Assembly (NCBI GenBank): GCA_963770895.1
Contig: CAVYRF010000002.1
Location: forward strand, 3,232,001 to 3,296,000
DNA: 64,000 bases
From: an uncultured Acidobacteriota bacterium
Lineage (GTDB): Bacteria; Acidobacteriota; Thermoanaerobaculia; Multivoradales; UBA5704
Direction: 5' to 3'
Under the pieces are notes generated by a model that ran no database searches, had not been told where the DNA came from, and saw only the letters and a program-made list of their open reading frames with translations. A program made the translations under genes and the position numbers. This document shows, piece by piece, positions 51,970 through 61,487 of the stretch (position 1 is the stretch's first letter; every line of letters starts with the position of its first letter).

Positions 51970-52851
51970 TCAGCTCGCGCTCGCCGCGAGCAGACGTTCG
52001 ACGTGCTCCAGATCCTCCTGCGTATCCACCCCCGGCAGCCCACGGTCGGTGGTCAGCACGCGGATCACCATGCCATGCTCGAGCGCCCGCAGCTGCTCGA
52101 GCGATTCGCTGCGTTCCAATGGGGTCGGCTGCAGATCGGCCAGGTGCAGCAGGGCGGCGCGCTGGTAACCGTAGATTCCCAGGTGCCGCAGCGGTGCGGC
52201 GCCCCCCGTCTGGCGTCGATAGGGTATCGCAGATCGACTGAAGTAGAGGGCCTGCCCGGCGCTGCCGACCACCACCTTGACCACGTTGGGATTGTCCAGC
52301 GCGTCGTCGTCGGCGGGCGCCGCGAGCGTCACCATCGGGTCTTCGGGGTGGGCGGCCAGGTGCGCCGCGAGCGCCGTCACCGCCGCCGGGTCGATCAGCG
52401 GTTCGTCCCCCTGGATGTTGACCACCGCCGCCACGTCCGGCCAGCGGCGCGCCGCGTGCGCGATGCGGTCGGTGCCGCTCGGACAGTCGGCCGGGGTCAT
52501 CTCGCAATCGCCGCCGAACGCCGCCACGGCGTCGGCGATGCGCTGGTCGTCGGTCAGCACCACCACGCGGTCCAGCCCGCGCGCCCGCTGCACCCGCCGG
52601 TACACGTGCTCGATCATCGGCCGGCCGGCGAGCGGCAGCAGCGGCTTGCCCGGCAGCCGCGTCGACGCGAACCGCGCCGGGATCGCGCCCACCACCAGGC
52701 CGGCGCGCCGCTCCACGCGCGGCGGCGGCGCATCCTCGCCGGCGGCAGCGGTGGCGGAGCCAGGTCCAGCAGCGACTTCAGTGCTCAGAGGGGGGGTGGG
52801 ACCCGGGCCGCTCAACGCATGCGGGGGCCTGGGAAGCGAAATGGGGTGCAC
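51970..52851 (-). CDS. kdsB: CMP-KDO synthetase
   Basis: IPARFASTRLPGKPL, SGTDR, NIQGDEP, ALYFSRS and ESLEQLRAL. Start uncertain. Confidence 0.95.
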   Translation of the reverse strand: MHPISLPRPPHALSGPGPTPPLSTEVAAGPGSATAAAGEDAPPPRVERRAGLVVGAIPARFASTRLPGKPLLPLAGRPMIEHVYRRVQRARGLDRVVVLTDDQRIADAVAAFGGDCEMTPADCPSGTDRIAHAARRWPDVAAVVNIQGDEPLIDPAAVTALAAHLAAHPEDPMVTLAAPADDDALDNPNVVKVVVGSAGQALYFSRSAIPYRRQTGGAAPLRHLGIYGYQRAALLHLADLQPTPLERSESLEQLRALEHGMVIRVLTTDRGLPGVDTQEDLEHVERLLAASAS

Positions 52852-52910
52852 GTCCCAATGTAAGCCATCACGCCCAGGCTGTCAAACGCGCTTCGTAGCG
52901 GTTGGCGGCA

Positions 52911-53702
52911 TCAGCGGCTCGACATCATCGACGCGGCAAGGGGCAGGCTCAAGGCGCGCGGCGACACCCTGCCCGACAGCGCGACCAGCTTGTTGAGCAG
53001 GCCGGTCACCACCACGCGCCGACCGGCGAGCATGCCGCGCACGCCCTGGCGCGCCACCTCGGCCGCCGTCATCACCGGGATGAGGCCGCTGCTGAACAGG
53101 CCGGTGTGGTCGGCGCCCGCGGTTTGCGAGAAGTTGGTGCGGGTGGCGCCCGGGCAGAGGCTGGTCAAGGTGACGCCGGTGCCGCGCAGCTCCCAGGCGA
53201 CGGCCTCGCCGAAGCTCAGCACGTAGGCCTTGGTGGCGCAGTACACGGCCATCTGCGGGCCGGGCTGAAAGGCGGCCGTGGAGGCGACCAGCATCACCCG
53301 CCCGCGCCGCCGCGCCACCATGCCCGGCAGCACCAGGCGGGTCAGCTCGGTGAGCGCCACGACGTTGACCTGCAGCATTTCGTAGACGCGCACCGGGTCC
53401 GACTGGTCGAAACGGCCGTTGGCGCCCAGGCCGGCGTTGGCGACCAGGGCGTCCAGTGTCAGGCCGCGGCTTTCGATGTCGCGCAGCAGATCGGCCGCGG
53501 CGCCCGGCCGGCTGAGGTCGGCGGTGACGACGGTGGCCCTGGCGCCGGTCGGCGCCAGCTCGGCGGCCAGGGCCTCCATCGGCGCCGCCTGCCGCGCCGA
53601 CAGCACCAAGTCGTGGCCGGTCCTGGCCAGCTCGCGGGCAAGGTCGGCGCCGATGCCGCTGGAAGCGCCGGTGACCAGGGCTAGTGGACGGTTTTCGCTC
53701 AT
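52911..53702 (-). CDS. Short-chain dehydrogenase/reductase
   Basis: LVTGASSGIG, ANAG and YCATK. Confidence 0.93.
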   Translation of the reverse strand: MSENRPLALVTGASSGIGADLARELARTGHDLVLSARQAAPMEALAAELAPTGARATVVTADLSRPGAAADLLRDIESRGLTLDALVANAGLGANGRFDQSDPVRVYEMLQVNVVALTELTRLVLPGMVARRRGRVMLVASTAAFQPGPQMAVYCATKAYVLSFGEAVAWELRGTGVTLTSLCPGATRTNFSQTAGADHTGLFSSGLIPVMTAAEVARQGVRGMLAGRRVVVTGLLNKLVALSGRVSPRALSLPLAASMMSSR

Positions 53703-53745
53703 CCGCGAAGACTACCACCGCCCTGGAGCGGCACCCCTGGTGGCG

Positions 53746-55980
53746 CTACTGAACGGGCCTGGCGGTGCCGCTGGCGATTGCCTGGGTGACCAGGGCGCTC
53801 AGCTGGCGCTCCGCGGCATGAGCCAGCCGGCCCTGCTGGCGGCCCAGCTCGCCCTGCTGCTGGCCGAGCTCGCGCTGCTGGTCGCCGAGGCGGCGCTGCT
53901 CGTCGCCCAGCTTTCTCATCTCGTCCCCCAGCCGCTTCTGCTCGTCGCGCGCCTTGGCGCGCTGCGCCGCCGGCTGCGCGGCGTCGTCGCCGGCGGCGGC
54001 GACTTCGTCGGCCGCCAGACGGGTCATGTCGGCCGCCAGGCTCGCCTGCTGCCTGCCCAGCTCGCCCTGGCGCTCGCCCAAAGCCCGCTGGCGTTCGCCG
54101 AGCTCGCTCTGCTTGTGCCCGAGCTCCTCCTGCGGCCGGAAAAGATCGTCGACCTGGCGGATCGTGGCGCCGTCGCGGATCACGTACTCCCTGCCGTCGC
54201 GGCGGACCCAGAGCAGGTCGCCGCCGCCGGCCTGGCGCTGGATCGCCTTGACGCGCGGGATGTCGTCGGTGACGCCGCTCATCCGCACCTGGGTGCTGTT
54301 GGCGCGCAGCAGGATGTAGGAGTCCCGATCTGCCTCCGACCTGGTTTCCATGTCGACATTGGTGACGCCGTCCTCGGCCAGGTCGGCGGTGTCGCGGGAG
54401 TCTTCGTCAAGCCTGGCTGACATCGGCGGCGGCGGCGGTGCCGCCGGCGGTGGGGCCTGTGCGGGCGGCGGGGCTTGCGCGGGGGGTGCCGGCGGCGCTG
54501 GTGGTGGCGGGGGCGCCGCGAATGCCGCCCGGGCGGCGGGAGCCGGCGCCGGAGCCGCCGGGCTTGGCGGGGCGGCGGGAGCGGGTGGCGCCGGCGCGGC
54601 GGCCGGGGCCGGCGGAGCAGGGGGAGCCGGCGGCGCCGGTGGCGTCGCGATCAGCCGCAGCGGCACCAGGGCGCCGGCGGCAAGCAGGGCAAGCAGGCCG
54701 AAGATCAGGAGGCGCAGCCGATCCGGCCGTGCGACAGGGGGGCGGAATTGCTGGAGCATCTGGAGTCTCCTTGTGAGCTGGCGCAGCGACGACGTGGCGC
54801 CGATGGCGGTGAGTGACGGGGACCACGGCTCGGCGGATTCGAGCCGCGCGCCCTGGGCGCGGCGCATCGTGCCCAGGTGGACGAGCAGGCGCCCGTAGGC
54901 AGCCGGAGCCGCGTCCAGGCGCCGCAGAACGGCCGCGTCGCAGGACGCTTCGACGGCCAGGCCGTATTCGCGCGCGGCCAGGCTCGCCAGGGGCAGGAAG
55001 AAGAAGAGCCGCGCCGCGATCGCCGGCACCGCGCCCCACAGCAGGTCGCGGCGCTGGACGTGGATCAGCTCGTGGCAGAGCGTCATCGCCTGCTGTTCCC
55101 GCGACAGGCCGGCGAGCCTGGCGGCCGACAGCAGCACCACCGGCCGCCGCCAGCCGGTGGTGAGCGGCAGCGGCGGCAGCGGCGGGCCGGCGATCGCCGG
55201 CCGGGTGGCAGGGGGCGACGCGGGTGCCGGCGCGACGCAGCGCAGCTCGACCGGTCGCAGGCCAAGCCGGCGGCGGAGATCGTCGCCCAGGAGGGCCAGC
55301 GGGCCGGCGTCGAGCGGCGTCGAGCGGCGCACCAGGATGCGGATGCGGCGCAGGTCCCGCAGCGTCAACAGGGCCTGCGCGACGATGCCCGCAAGCCACA
55401 GAGCGCCAAGGCAGGCCCACAGGAGCGGCCGCAGGGGTGGTGTCGCCGCCCGCTGGCGCGCCTGGCCCGGAGGCGTGCCGCCGGTCGCCGCGGACCAGGT
55501 CAAGGCGGGGCCGCCGGCCACCTGGGCCGGGGCGATGCGGGATTCCGCCAAGGCGCCGGCGGCGCGGCCGGCGGGCCGACCGGGATCACCCGATCGCGGC
55601 GCACGCTCGGGACTGCGCGGATCGGGGCTGGACACGGCAAGCGCGGGCCGGTCGGCGGCGGCGGCGGTGGGGCCAGGCGCAACGATGGCGGCGAGGGCGC
55701 TGATGGCAGGGTTGGCGGCGATCGCAGCGGCGGCGCGCGGCGGCATGGGGAGCCGCAGCGGAGCTGGCCACAGGAGGGTCACCAGCAGCTTCAGGCAGGC
55801 CAGCCACCACAGGGCGCAGCGCAGGCTGGCCGGCAGCCGCGGCGCCAGGCGGCAGATGAGCCAGGCGCCCAGGATGAAGAGCCCGCCCTGCCAGGCCGCC
55901 TGCGCCAGCTGCCGCACCAGCGGCTGGGCGGCGTTGCCCACGGCGACCGTGAGGTGGAGCCAGGCGTCGTAGAGGTGCAT
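53746..55980 (-). CDS. BlaR1-like M56 metallopeptidase signal transducer with a Pro-rich linker and C-terminal heptad coiled coil
   Basis: TM segments, HELIH (HExxH), EASCD and RRLQML; follows a blaI-like gene. Confidence 0.88.
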   Translation of the reverse strand: MHLYDAWLHLTVAVGNAAQPLVRQLAQAAWQGGLFILGAWLICRLAPRLPASLRCALWWLACLKLLVTLLWPAPLRLPMPPRAAAAIAANPAISALAAIVAPGPTAAAADRPALAVSSPDPRSPERAPRSGDPGRPAGRAAGALAESRIAPAQVAGGPALTWSAATGGTPPGQARQRAATPPLRPLLWACLGALWLAGIVAQALLTLRDLRRIRILVRRSTPLDAGPLALLGDDLRRRLGLRPVELRCVAPAPASPPATRPAIAGPPLPPLPLTTGWRRPVVLLSAARLAGLSREQQAMTLCHELIHVQRRDLLWGAVPAIAARLFFFLPLASLAAREYGLAVEASCDAAVLRRLDAAPAAYGRLLVHLGTMRRAQGARLESAEPWSPSLTAIGATSSLRQLTRRLQMLQQFRPPVARPDRLRLLIFGLLALLAAGALVPLRLIATPPAPPAPPAPPAPAAAPAPPAPAAPPSPAAPAPAPAARAAFAAPPPPPAPPAPPAQAPPPAQAPPPAAPPPPPMSARLDEDSRDTADLAEDGVTNVDMETRSEADRDSYILLRANSTQVRMSGVTDDIPRVKAIQRQAGGGDLLWVRRDGREYVIRDGATIRQVDDLFRPQEELGHKQSELGERQRALGERQGELGRQQASLAADMTRLAADEVAAAGDDAAQPAAQRAKARDEQKRLGDEMRKLGDEQRRLGDQQRELGQQQGELGRQQGRLAHAAERQLSALVTQAIASGTARPVQ

Positions 55981-55982
55981 GG

Positions 55983-56372
55983 TCAGGGCTCCTTGCGCTG
56001 GGATTGGAGCTTGGCGACCAGCCTTTCCAGCTCGGCAAGCTCGGCATCGCTCACCTCGGCCGTATCCACCAGGTAGCTGACGAAGGGCGACACCGATCCG
56101 TCCAGGGTGCGGGCGACGAACGTCTCGACCGCGCCGCGCAGCAGCTCGCCCGGCGAGGCCGGCGACGAGTAGTGGAACACGCCGTCCACCTGGCGCCGCT
56201 TGAGGCGCCCCTTGGCGCGCAGCCGTTCCATCATGGTCAAGACCGTCGAGCGCGCCAGCTCCCGGCTGGCGCCGAACCCTTCGACCGCCTGCGCCACCGT
56301 CGCCTCCCCCTGCTCGGCGACGTAGCGCAGCAGCGCCATCTCCTGGTCTCCGATCGATCTGGCCCGTCGCAT
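55983..56372 (-). CDS. BlaI/MecI/CopY-family repressor
   Basis: IGDQEMALLRYV...LARSTVLTMMERLRAKGRL...VETFVARTLDGSVSPFVSYL; GGAG RBS. Confidence 0.92.
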   Translation of the reverse strand: MRRARSIGDQEMALLRYVAEQGEATVAQAVEGFGASRELARSTVLTMMERLRAKGRLKRRQVDGVFHYSSPASPGELLRGAVETFVARTLDGSVSPFVSYLVDTAEVSDAELAELERLVAKLQSQRKEP

Positions 56373-56433
56373 CGCCTGGTCTCCTATGTGGCCACCGTCC
56401 GGCTGCCGTTGCCCGGCCGCGGCTGCCGTCTCG

Positions 56434-56478
56434 TGACGACAACTGTAGTCATCGTAACTGTGACTACAGCTGTCGTCA
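56434..56478. promoter_or_regulatory. Tandem BlaI-type operators
   Basis: TGACGACAACTGTAGTCA (56434-56451) and TGACTACAGCTGTCGTCA (56461-56478) have a TACA-NN-TGTA-like core and are 17/18 reverse complements of each other. Confidence 0.8.
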
Positions 56479-56591
56479 AGGGGTGTCCGGGCCGGGCGCT
56501 GGCGCGCCGGCGCGCCGCGGGCGCGCATGCCGGTGGGCGGCGGTGGTACCATCCGACGCCGACCGGCGTCGCCTTGCGCCCCGCGGTACCT

Positions 56592-57767
56592 ATGCCCACG
56601 TTCCCGTCCGTGCTCCATCTCCCGCTCCAGCGGCGCGGCTCGCCGGGCCGGCCGGGGCAGGGGAGCGCGCCGCCCGGCAGCCGCGGCGGCTGGCCGCCGC
56701 CGCGCGGCCCCGCCGCCACCGGCTCGCCGCCTGCGCAGCAGCCCCCAGGTCGACGTGGACGGGCGCCGCTGGTGCTCGGCGCGATCGCCGTGCTGGTGGC
56801 GATGATGGCGATCGTCATCGTGTCGAGCCTGGACCGCGCCTCGACCGGCAGCCGCCGGCCGATGGTGCCGCTGCTGGCCGCCTCCGGCGCCGCGCGCGGC
56901 GGCCTGGTCGTGCTGACCGAAAGCCCGCGCTTCGCCCAGGGTCCGCTGGCGAGCGGCGCCCGCTTCGATGCCGGCTGGGTGGCAGGTGCCGCCGGCGGCC
57001 GGCCGGCGCTGATGCCGGCCGGGGGGACGGCGCGCCTGCTGGTGGTCAATCTCGGCGAAGAGCTGCAGCACGTCCTGACCCTGGACCTGGCGCGCGACGG
57101 GCTCCCCGAAGGCGAGCGGCTGAGCATCCGCACCGGCGACCGCGAGCTGGCCCGCGCCACCTTGAATGCCGCGTCCCTGCCGCTGCGCGTGCACCTGCCG
57201 GAAGACCTGCCCATCGGCCTCACCCCGCTCGACCTGGTGTTTTCGCCCGCCGGCCCGCCGGCCGGCGCGGCGCCGGTTGCGGCCGCGGCGGGCGGTGGCC
57301 CGGCAGAACGCACGGCCGCGGGGGCCGGGCCGGGTGCCGGTGCATCCCTGGCCGTGTACGGCGCCGAGTGGTCGCCGGTTCTGCCGCCGGGCACGGCGCG
57401 GGTGGACGGCGACGCCATCGTGCAGGACGGCAACTCCCTGGTGTACCTGGCGTGCGAGCTGGCCGGCAACGAGGCGCTGGTGGGCACCTTCGAGCCGCCG
57501 GCGGACGCGCGGCCGGGGCAGCGCTTCGACCTCAGCATCGAGCGCCTGGACGGCACGCCGATCCGCCGCTTCCACTGGCTGCCGAGCTTTTGGAACCGCC
57601 TGCGCGGCGCCCGCCGCTTCGAGCTGCCGCTGCGCGGCGCGCGCGGGCCGGCGCGGGTGCGGCTGACCGCGCGCGCAGGCGACGCCGGCGGCCCGCCGGG
57701 ACGCTGGCGCGGGCTCGGTCTGGCGAGCGTCACCGGCGAGATCCTCTCTCCGGGTCAGGGCCAGTAG
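56592..57767 (+). CDS. Membrane-anchored hypothetical protein with a beta-rich periplasmic part
   Basis: GC3-biased frame, a single TM (LVLGAIAVLVAMMAIVIVSSL), and only 4 bp from the next gene. Confidence 0.6.
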   Translation: MPTFPSVLHLPLQRRGSPGRPGQGSAPPGSRGGWPPPRGPAATGSPPAQQPPGRRGRAPLVLGAIAVLVAMMAIVIVSSLDRASTGSRRPMVPLLAASGAARGGLVVLTESPRFAQGPLASGARFDAGWVAGAAGGRPALMPAGGTARLLVVNLGEELQHVLTLDLARDGLPEGERLSIRTGDRELARATLNAASLPLRVHLPEDLPIGLTPLDLVFSPAGPPAGAAPVAAAAGGGPAERTAAGAGPGAGASLAVYGAEWSPVLPPGTARVDGDAIVQDGNSLVYLACELAGNEALVGTFEPPADARPGQRFDLSIERLDGTPIRRFHWLPSFWNRLRGARRFELPLRGARGPARVRLTARAGDAGGPPGRWRGLGLASVTGEILSPGQGQ

Positions 57768-57771
57768 AGCG

Positions 57772-59016
57772 ATGTGGCGGCGCTGGGTTCTGCCGCTCGG
57801 GGCGGCCTTCCTGCTCGCGGTCGGACTGACCCTGGCGCTGCACGGCGTCCGCTGGGCGGCGCTGCGCTGGCGCGGCGCGATCCGCGGCGCGCAGTGGATC
57901 TGGGTGCCGCACGACCGCCACACCGCCCAGCCGGTGGCGTTTTACGCGGTGCGCGACTTCACGCTGGCGCCGCCGCCGGCGCGCGCCCTGCTGATGGCGC
58001 TGGGCGATGCCGAATACGTGCTCTACCTCAACGGCAAGCGGGTGGGTGCCGGCGGTTGGCGGCCGGGCGCGCGCCTGGACGCCTATGAGGTGGGGCCGCT
58101 GCTGCGGCCCGGCGGCAATCGCCTGCTGGTCGAGCTGCGCAGCGCCGGCGGCGCCGGCGGTTTTCTGGCCAGCCTCGAAGACGAATCCAGCCGGCGCGTG
58201 CTGGTGGCCACCAACGACCAGTGGCTGACGTTTCGCCGTCATCGCGTCGGCCTGGTGCGCGGCTGGCTGCCGGTCTTGCCGTTTGCTCCCGGCGTCCGCG
58301 TCGCCGCCGGCGCTGTCGGCGCGCTGCCGGGCTGGAACCAGCCCAGCGAGGCGGCGGCCAGCTGGGGCAGCCCGCCGATCGGCCGCTGGGGGCGCGTCAC
58401 CCCCGGCTGGCGGCGCCCGCTGTTCGAGGAGCTGACGGCCGGCCGGCCGCCCGTGGCCGCGGTGTCCGAAGCCCTGTACAGCCCGCCGCCGGTGACGGGC
58501 GTGGCGGGCGACGACTCGATGGTGCTCTTCGACTGGGGGCGCGAGGTGACCGGCTACCTGGCCCTGGAGACCGGCTTCGAGCCCGGCATGGACCCCGACC
58601 TGGTGGCGGCGCCGCCCGACCGGCAGCGCACGGCCCTGCTGTGGGTGGGGGATGCGCCGCCGCGCCCGACCGGCGAGGGGGCCGAGCCCGACGGCGCCGT
58701 GATCGTCATGGCCAGCGCCGAGCAGTGGCTGGATGCGCACCCCCGCCGCTTCCGCTATGCGCTGGTGATCGGCATCCGGCGGCCGCTCGCGGCGTCGGTC
58801 TACGCCATCGACCAGCCGCTCGCCGCGCGCTACGGAATCGACGTCGCTGTGGGGGCGGCGGGTGCCAACGGTGCCGCGGCGCCGGGCGAAGGTGCCGGGG
58901 CGGCCGTGCGCGGCGTGTTCGGGCTGGCGCCGCCGCGGCTACGAACGCCGGTGGAGAACGAAATCCGGCGCAAACTCAAGCGCCTCGCGAGCGTCGCCGG
59001 GCGGAAAGAACTGTAG
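57772..59016 (+). CDS. Membrane-anchored protein with GH78 rhamnosidase-like non-catalytic beta domains
   Basis: AQWIW, ALGDAEYVLYLNGKRVG, LRPGGNRLLVEL, LFDWGREVTGYL and RRFRY; no catalytic barrel. Confidence 0.6.
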   Translation: MWRRWVLPLGAAFLLAVGLTLALHGVRWAALRWRGAIRGAQWIWVPHDRHTAQPVAFYAVRDFTLAPPPARALLMALGDAEYVLYLNGKRVGAGGWRPGARLDAYEVGPLLRPGGNRLLVELRSAGGAGGFLASLEDESSRRVLVATNDQWLTFRRHRVGLVRGWLPVLPFAPGVRVAAGAVGALPGWNQPSEAAASWGSPPIGRWGRVTPGWRRPLFEELTAGRPPVAAVSEALYSPPPVTGVAGDDSMVLFDWGREVTGYLALETGFEPGMDPDLVAAPPDRQRTALLWVGDAPPRPTGEGAEPDGAVIVMASAEQWLDAHPRRFRYALVIGIRRPLAASVYAIDQPLAARYGIDVAVGAAGANGAAAPGEGAGAAVRGVFGLAPPRLRTPVENEIRRKLKRLASVAGRKEL

Positions 59017-59958
59017 CTCCTGCTGGGCGCGCAGGGCGTAGCCTTCGGCGATCTCGGCGGTTTCGGCCAGGGTGCCTTCGCGCGCCACCAGGTCCAGGAT
59101 CTGCTGCGGCGCCACGCGCACGAAATCGCGCTCCTCCAAGACGGTCTGGATCATCCGCCTTTCGGCCGGACCGATGCGCGACAGCATCAGGATCAGGGGC
59201 AGCGTCAGCTTGCCCTCCTTGAGGTCCGACAGCACCGGCTTGCCCAGCTCGCTTTCGCGAGCCGTGAAGTCCAGCAGGTCGTCCACCACCTGGAAGCAGG
59301 TGCCGAGCGCGCGCCCGTAGTGCGCCAGGACCTGGCCCGCCTCGGGGCGTTGCGGCGGGATGAGGCTGGGGATCGAGCAGGCGGCGGCGAACAGGTGCGC
59401 GGTCTTGCGGTCGATCACCTCGAAGTACTCTTCGACCGAGATGTCGATCGCGCCCAGGCGCTCCAGCGCCAGCAGCTCGCCCTCGGTCATCTTGAGGGTG
59501 GCGGCGCAGAGGCGCTGCACCACCTCCAGCTGGCCGTGCGAAAGCGCCATCTGCATGGCCTTGGTGTAGATCCAGTCGCCCAGCAGCACCGTCAGGTTGT
59601 TGCCCCAGAGGTGGTTGAGCGTCGGCTGGCCGCGCCGCAGGTGGGCGTGGTCGATGATGTCGTCGTGGATCAGGGTGGCGTTGTGGATGAACTCCACCAC
59701 CGCGGCGTAGGTGACCTCCTCTTCGGAGTCGTGCCCCAGCAGGCGCGCGGCCAGCAGCAGCAGCGCCGGGCGGATGCGCTTGCCGCCGCCCTGGCGGATG
59801 TAGACCCCCGCCTGGTGGATGAACGGCACGTCCGAATCGAGGTGGCGGCGGAACACCTCCTCGGTCGCCACCAGCTTGGGGGCCACCAGGTCGAGGAAGC
59901 GGCTGGCCTGCACCGAGCGGTCGCCGGCCTGAGAGTCAACTAGGGGAGGGTTGGTCAC
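58939..59958 (-). CDS. Long-chain polyprenyl diphosphate synthase (IspB/HepT-like)
   Basis: GGKRIRP, ATLIHDDIID...RRG, FQVVDDLLD and DLKEGKLTLP. Start uncertain (59958 or 59913). Confidence 0.93.
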   Translation of the reverse strand: MTNPPLVDSQAGDRSVQASRFLDLVAPKLVATEEVFRRHLDSDVPFIHQAGVYIRQGGGKRIRPALLLLAARLLGHDSEEEVTYAAVVEFIHNATLIHDDIIDHAHLRRGQPTLNHLWGNNLTVLLGDWIYTKAMQMALSHGQLEVVQRLCAATLKMTEGELLALERLGAIDISVEEYFEVIDRKTAHLFAAACSIPSLIPPQRPEAGQVLAHYGRALGTCFQVVDDLLDFTARESELGKPVLSDLKEGKLTLPLILMLSRIGPAERRMIQTVLEERDFVRVAPQQILDLVAREGTLAETAEIAEGYALRAQQELQFFPPGDAREALEFAPDFVLHRRS

Positions 59959-60008
59959 CCGCGATGGTCCTTTGGGAAGCTGGGCACGGTGGAAGACATG
60001 GGAGGGTA

Positions 60009-60707
60009 TCAGAAGCGCTTCACCGGATCGAACGGATCGACCTGGGCGAGCACGCCGCCGCGGAAGCGGTAGACCTTGCCGGCGTCGAAGTACCACCAGG
60101 TCACTTCGTCCTCCTGCGGCCGGCCGGTGTAGTTGGTGCGCTTCACGTCGTCGGGGGTGCCCATCTCCTGGTAGACCCGTTTCTGGTCGGCACCCTGGAT
60201 CGAGGCGAGGAAATCGCGCAACCGGTCGACGAACGCGCGGTTGTGCACCACGATCGCCGATACCACCGGGCTCCCCGCCTGCACGCTCTTGGAGGCGTCC
60301 TCCCGCTCCAGCACTTCGAGGGTCTCATCCTTGCCCCGCCGCACGTTGACTCCGGCGAGCAGCTCGAAGCGGTTGAAGTAGCTGTCCCAGGGCCAGTCCA
60401 GAGTGTACTCGCCCTGGGCGTTGGTCAGTCCGCTCACCCGGCGCACGTCCTTTTCGGTGCGGCGCAGCTCGCGCAGGCTGATATAGCTGCGGGCCACCTC
60501 CAGCACCACCCGCACGTCCGGCAGCGGCCTGCCGGCGGTATCGGTGACCAGCCCGGTGAACAGCACGTGGTCGCCCTGCTGGTAGGGCGACGCCGTCGCC
60601 GTGCCGGTCAGCACCAGGGATGCCGCCAGCGTCAGGGTCAGAACCAGGGCGATGCCGGAGCCAGGGCGTCGAGCGGCAAATCGGAGGCGGCGCGGCGCAA
60701 TCGGCAT
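60009..60707 (-). CDS. Secreted hypothetical protein (carboxypeptidase-regulatory-like fold plus SmpA/BamE-like C-terminus)
   Basis: Signal peptide, TGLVTDTAGRPLPDVRV...TNAQGEY and GADQKRVYQEMGTPD...WWY. Confidence 0.65.
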   Translation of the reverse strand: MPIAPRRLRFAARRPGSGIALVLTLTLAASLVLTGTATASPYQQGDHVLFTGLVTDTAGRPLPDVRVVLEVARSYISLRELRRTEKDVRRVSGLTNAQGEYTLDWPWDSYFNRFELLAGVNVRRGKDETLEVLEREDASKSVQAGSPVVSAIVVHNRAFVDRLRDFLASIQGADQKRVYQEMGTPDDVKRTNYTGRPQEDEVTWWYFDAGKVYRFRGGVLAQVDPFDPVKRF

Positions 60708-60742
60708 CGGCGAGGGCGGGTCCTGGGGGTGATGGCCGGCGG

Positions 60743-61240
60743 TCAGTTCGAGCGGTAGTTGGTGAAATTCAGCGGCACGTCGAGATCGAGCCCTTTGAGC
60801 AGTGCGATCGCGGCCTGCAGGTCGTCGCGGTTCTTGCCAGAGACGCGCACCGTATCACCCTGGATCGACGCCTGCACCTTCATTTTCTTGGCCTTGATTT
60901 CAGCCACCATGCGCTTGGCGGTCTCCACCGGGATGCCCTGCTGGAGCGAGGTGCGCTGCCGCACCTTGCCGCCGCTTGCCGGCTCCACCTTGCCGGGCCG
61001 CAGCGACTTGAGGTGCACGCCGCGGCGCACCAGCTTGGTCTTGACGACTTCCATCGCCTGATTGAGGGAGAATTCATCGGCGGCACCCAGCACGATGTCT
61101 TCGCCTTCGAGGCTCAGCTCGGCGGCGGCCTTCTTGAGGTCGTAGCGCGTGGCGATCTCTTTTTCGGCCTGCGCGATCGCGTTGCGGACCTCCTGGAAGT
61201 TCACCGTGGATTCGACGTCGAAGGAGTTGTCAGCTGCCAT
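60743..61240 (-). CDS. yajQ: YajQ family nucleotide/c-di-GMP-binding protein
   Basis: SFDVES, EIATRYDLK, KVQASIQGDTVRVSGKNRDDLQ and FTNYR. Confidence 0.95.
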   Translation of the reverse strand: MAADNSFDVESTVNFQEVRNAIAQAEKEIATRYDLKKAAAELSLEGEDIVLGAADEFSLNQAMEVVKTKLVRRGVHLKSLRPGKVEPASGGKVRQRTSLQQGIPVETAKRMVAEIKAKKMKVQASIQGDTVRVSGKNRDDLQAAIALLKGLDLDVPLNFTNYRSN

Positions 61241-61342
61241 GGCCGCGATGAGATGAGGTTGGTTGGTGGGGGCGGGGAAGCCGGGCTGTCACGAACGACA
61301 AACCCTCCAGGCTCCAGGCTTAAGCCTGCCGTACGGGAGCCC

Positions 61343-61348
61343 ATTATA
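61343..61348 (-). promoter_or_regulatory. Sigma70 -10 element upstream of yajQ
   Basis: Perfect TATAAT on the minus strand about 100 bp before the ATG. Confidence 0.55.
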
Positions 61349-61487
61349 CGGAAAGCCGGGCCGCCCGGCCATCTCCGCGGCCGGCGCCGCCGGCGCCGGA
61401 AGCAGGCCGCAACTGCGCAAATGCTGCTGTCAAGAAATCGGGCTGAAAAGCCATATTGCTGGTGCGTCACGTCCGGCGGCGCGGGGG

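Noticed and set aside
53825-54640. Periodic repeats as a CRISPR array or mobile repeat
   Set aside because: They are in-frame coding repeats (heptad coiled coil and PPAP linker) with no unique spacers and no cas genes.
53746-57923. Long N-terminal extensions of the blaR1 (898 aa) and blaI (646 aa) ORFs
   Set aside because: Stop-free high-GC frames. The real starts at 55980 and 56372 are supported by RBS and domain boundaries. The same reasoning was used for kdsA, kdsC, kdsD, batB, batC and the dienelactone hydrolase.
61262-61342. tRNA- or tmRNA-like 3' end (GTTCG ... CCCCCACCA on the minus strand)
   Set aside because: The T-loop to CCA distance is too long and no acceptor, D or anticodon arms form. 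Retained only as a structured-leader candidate.
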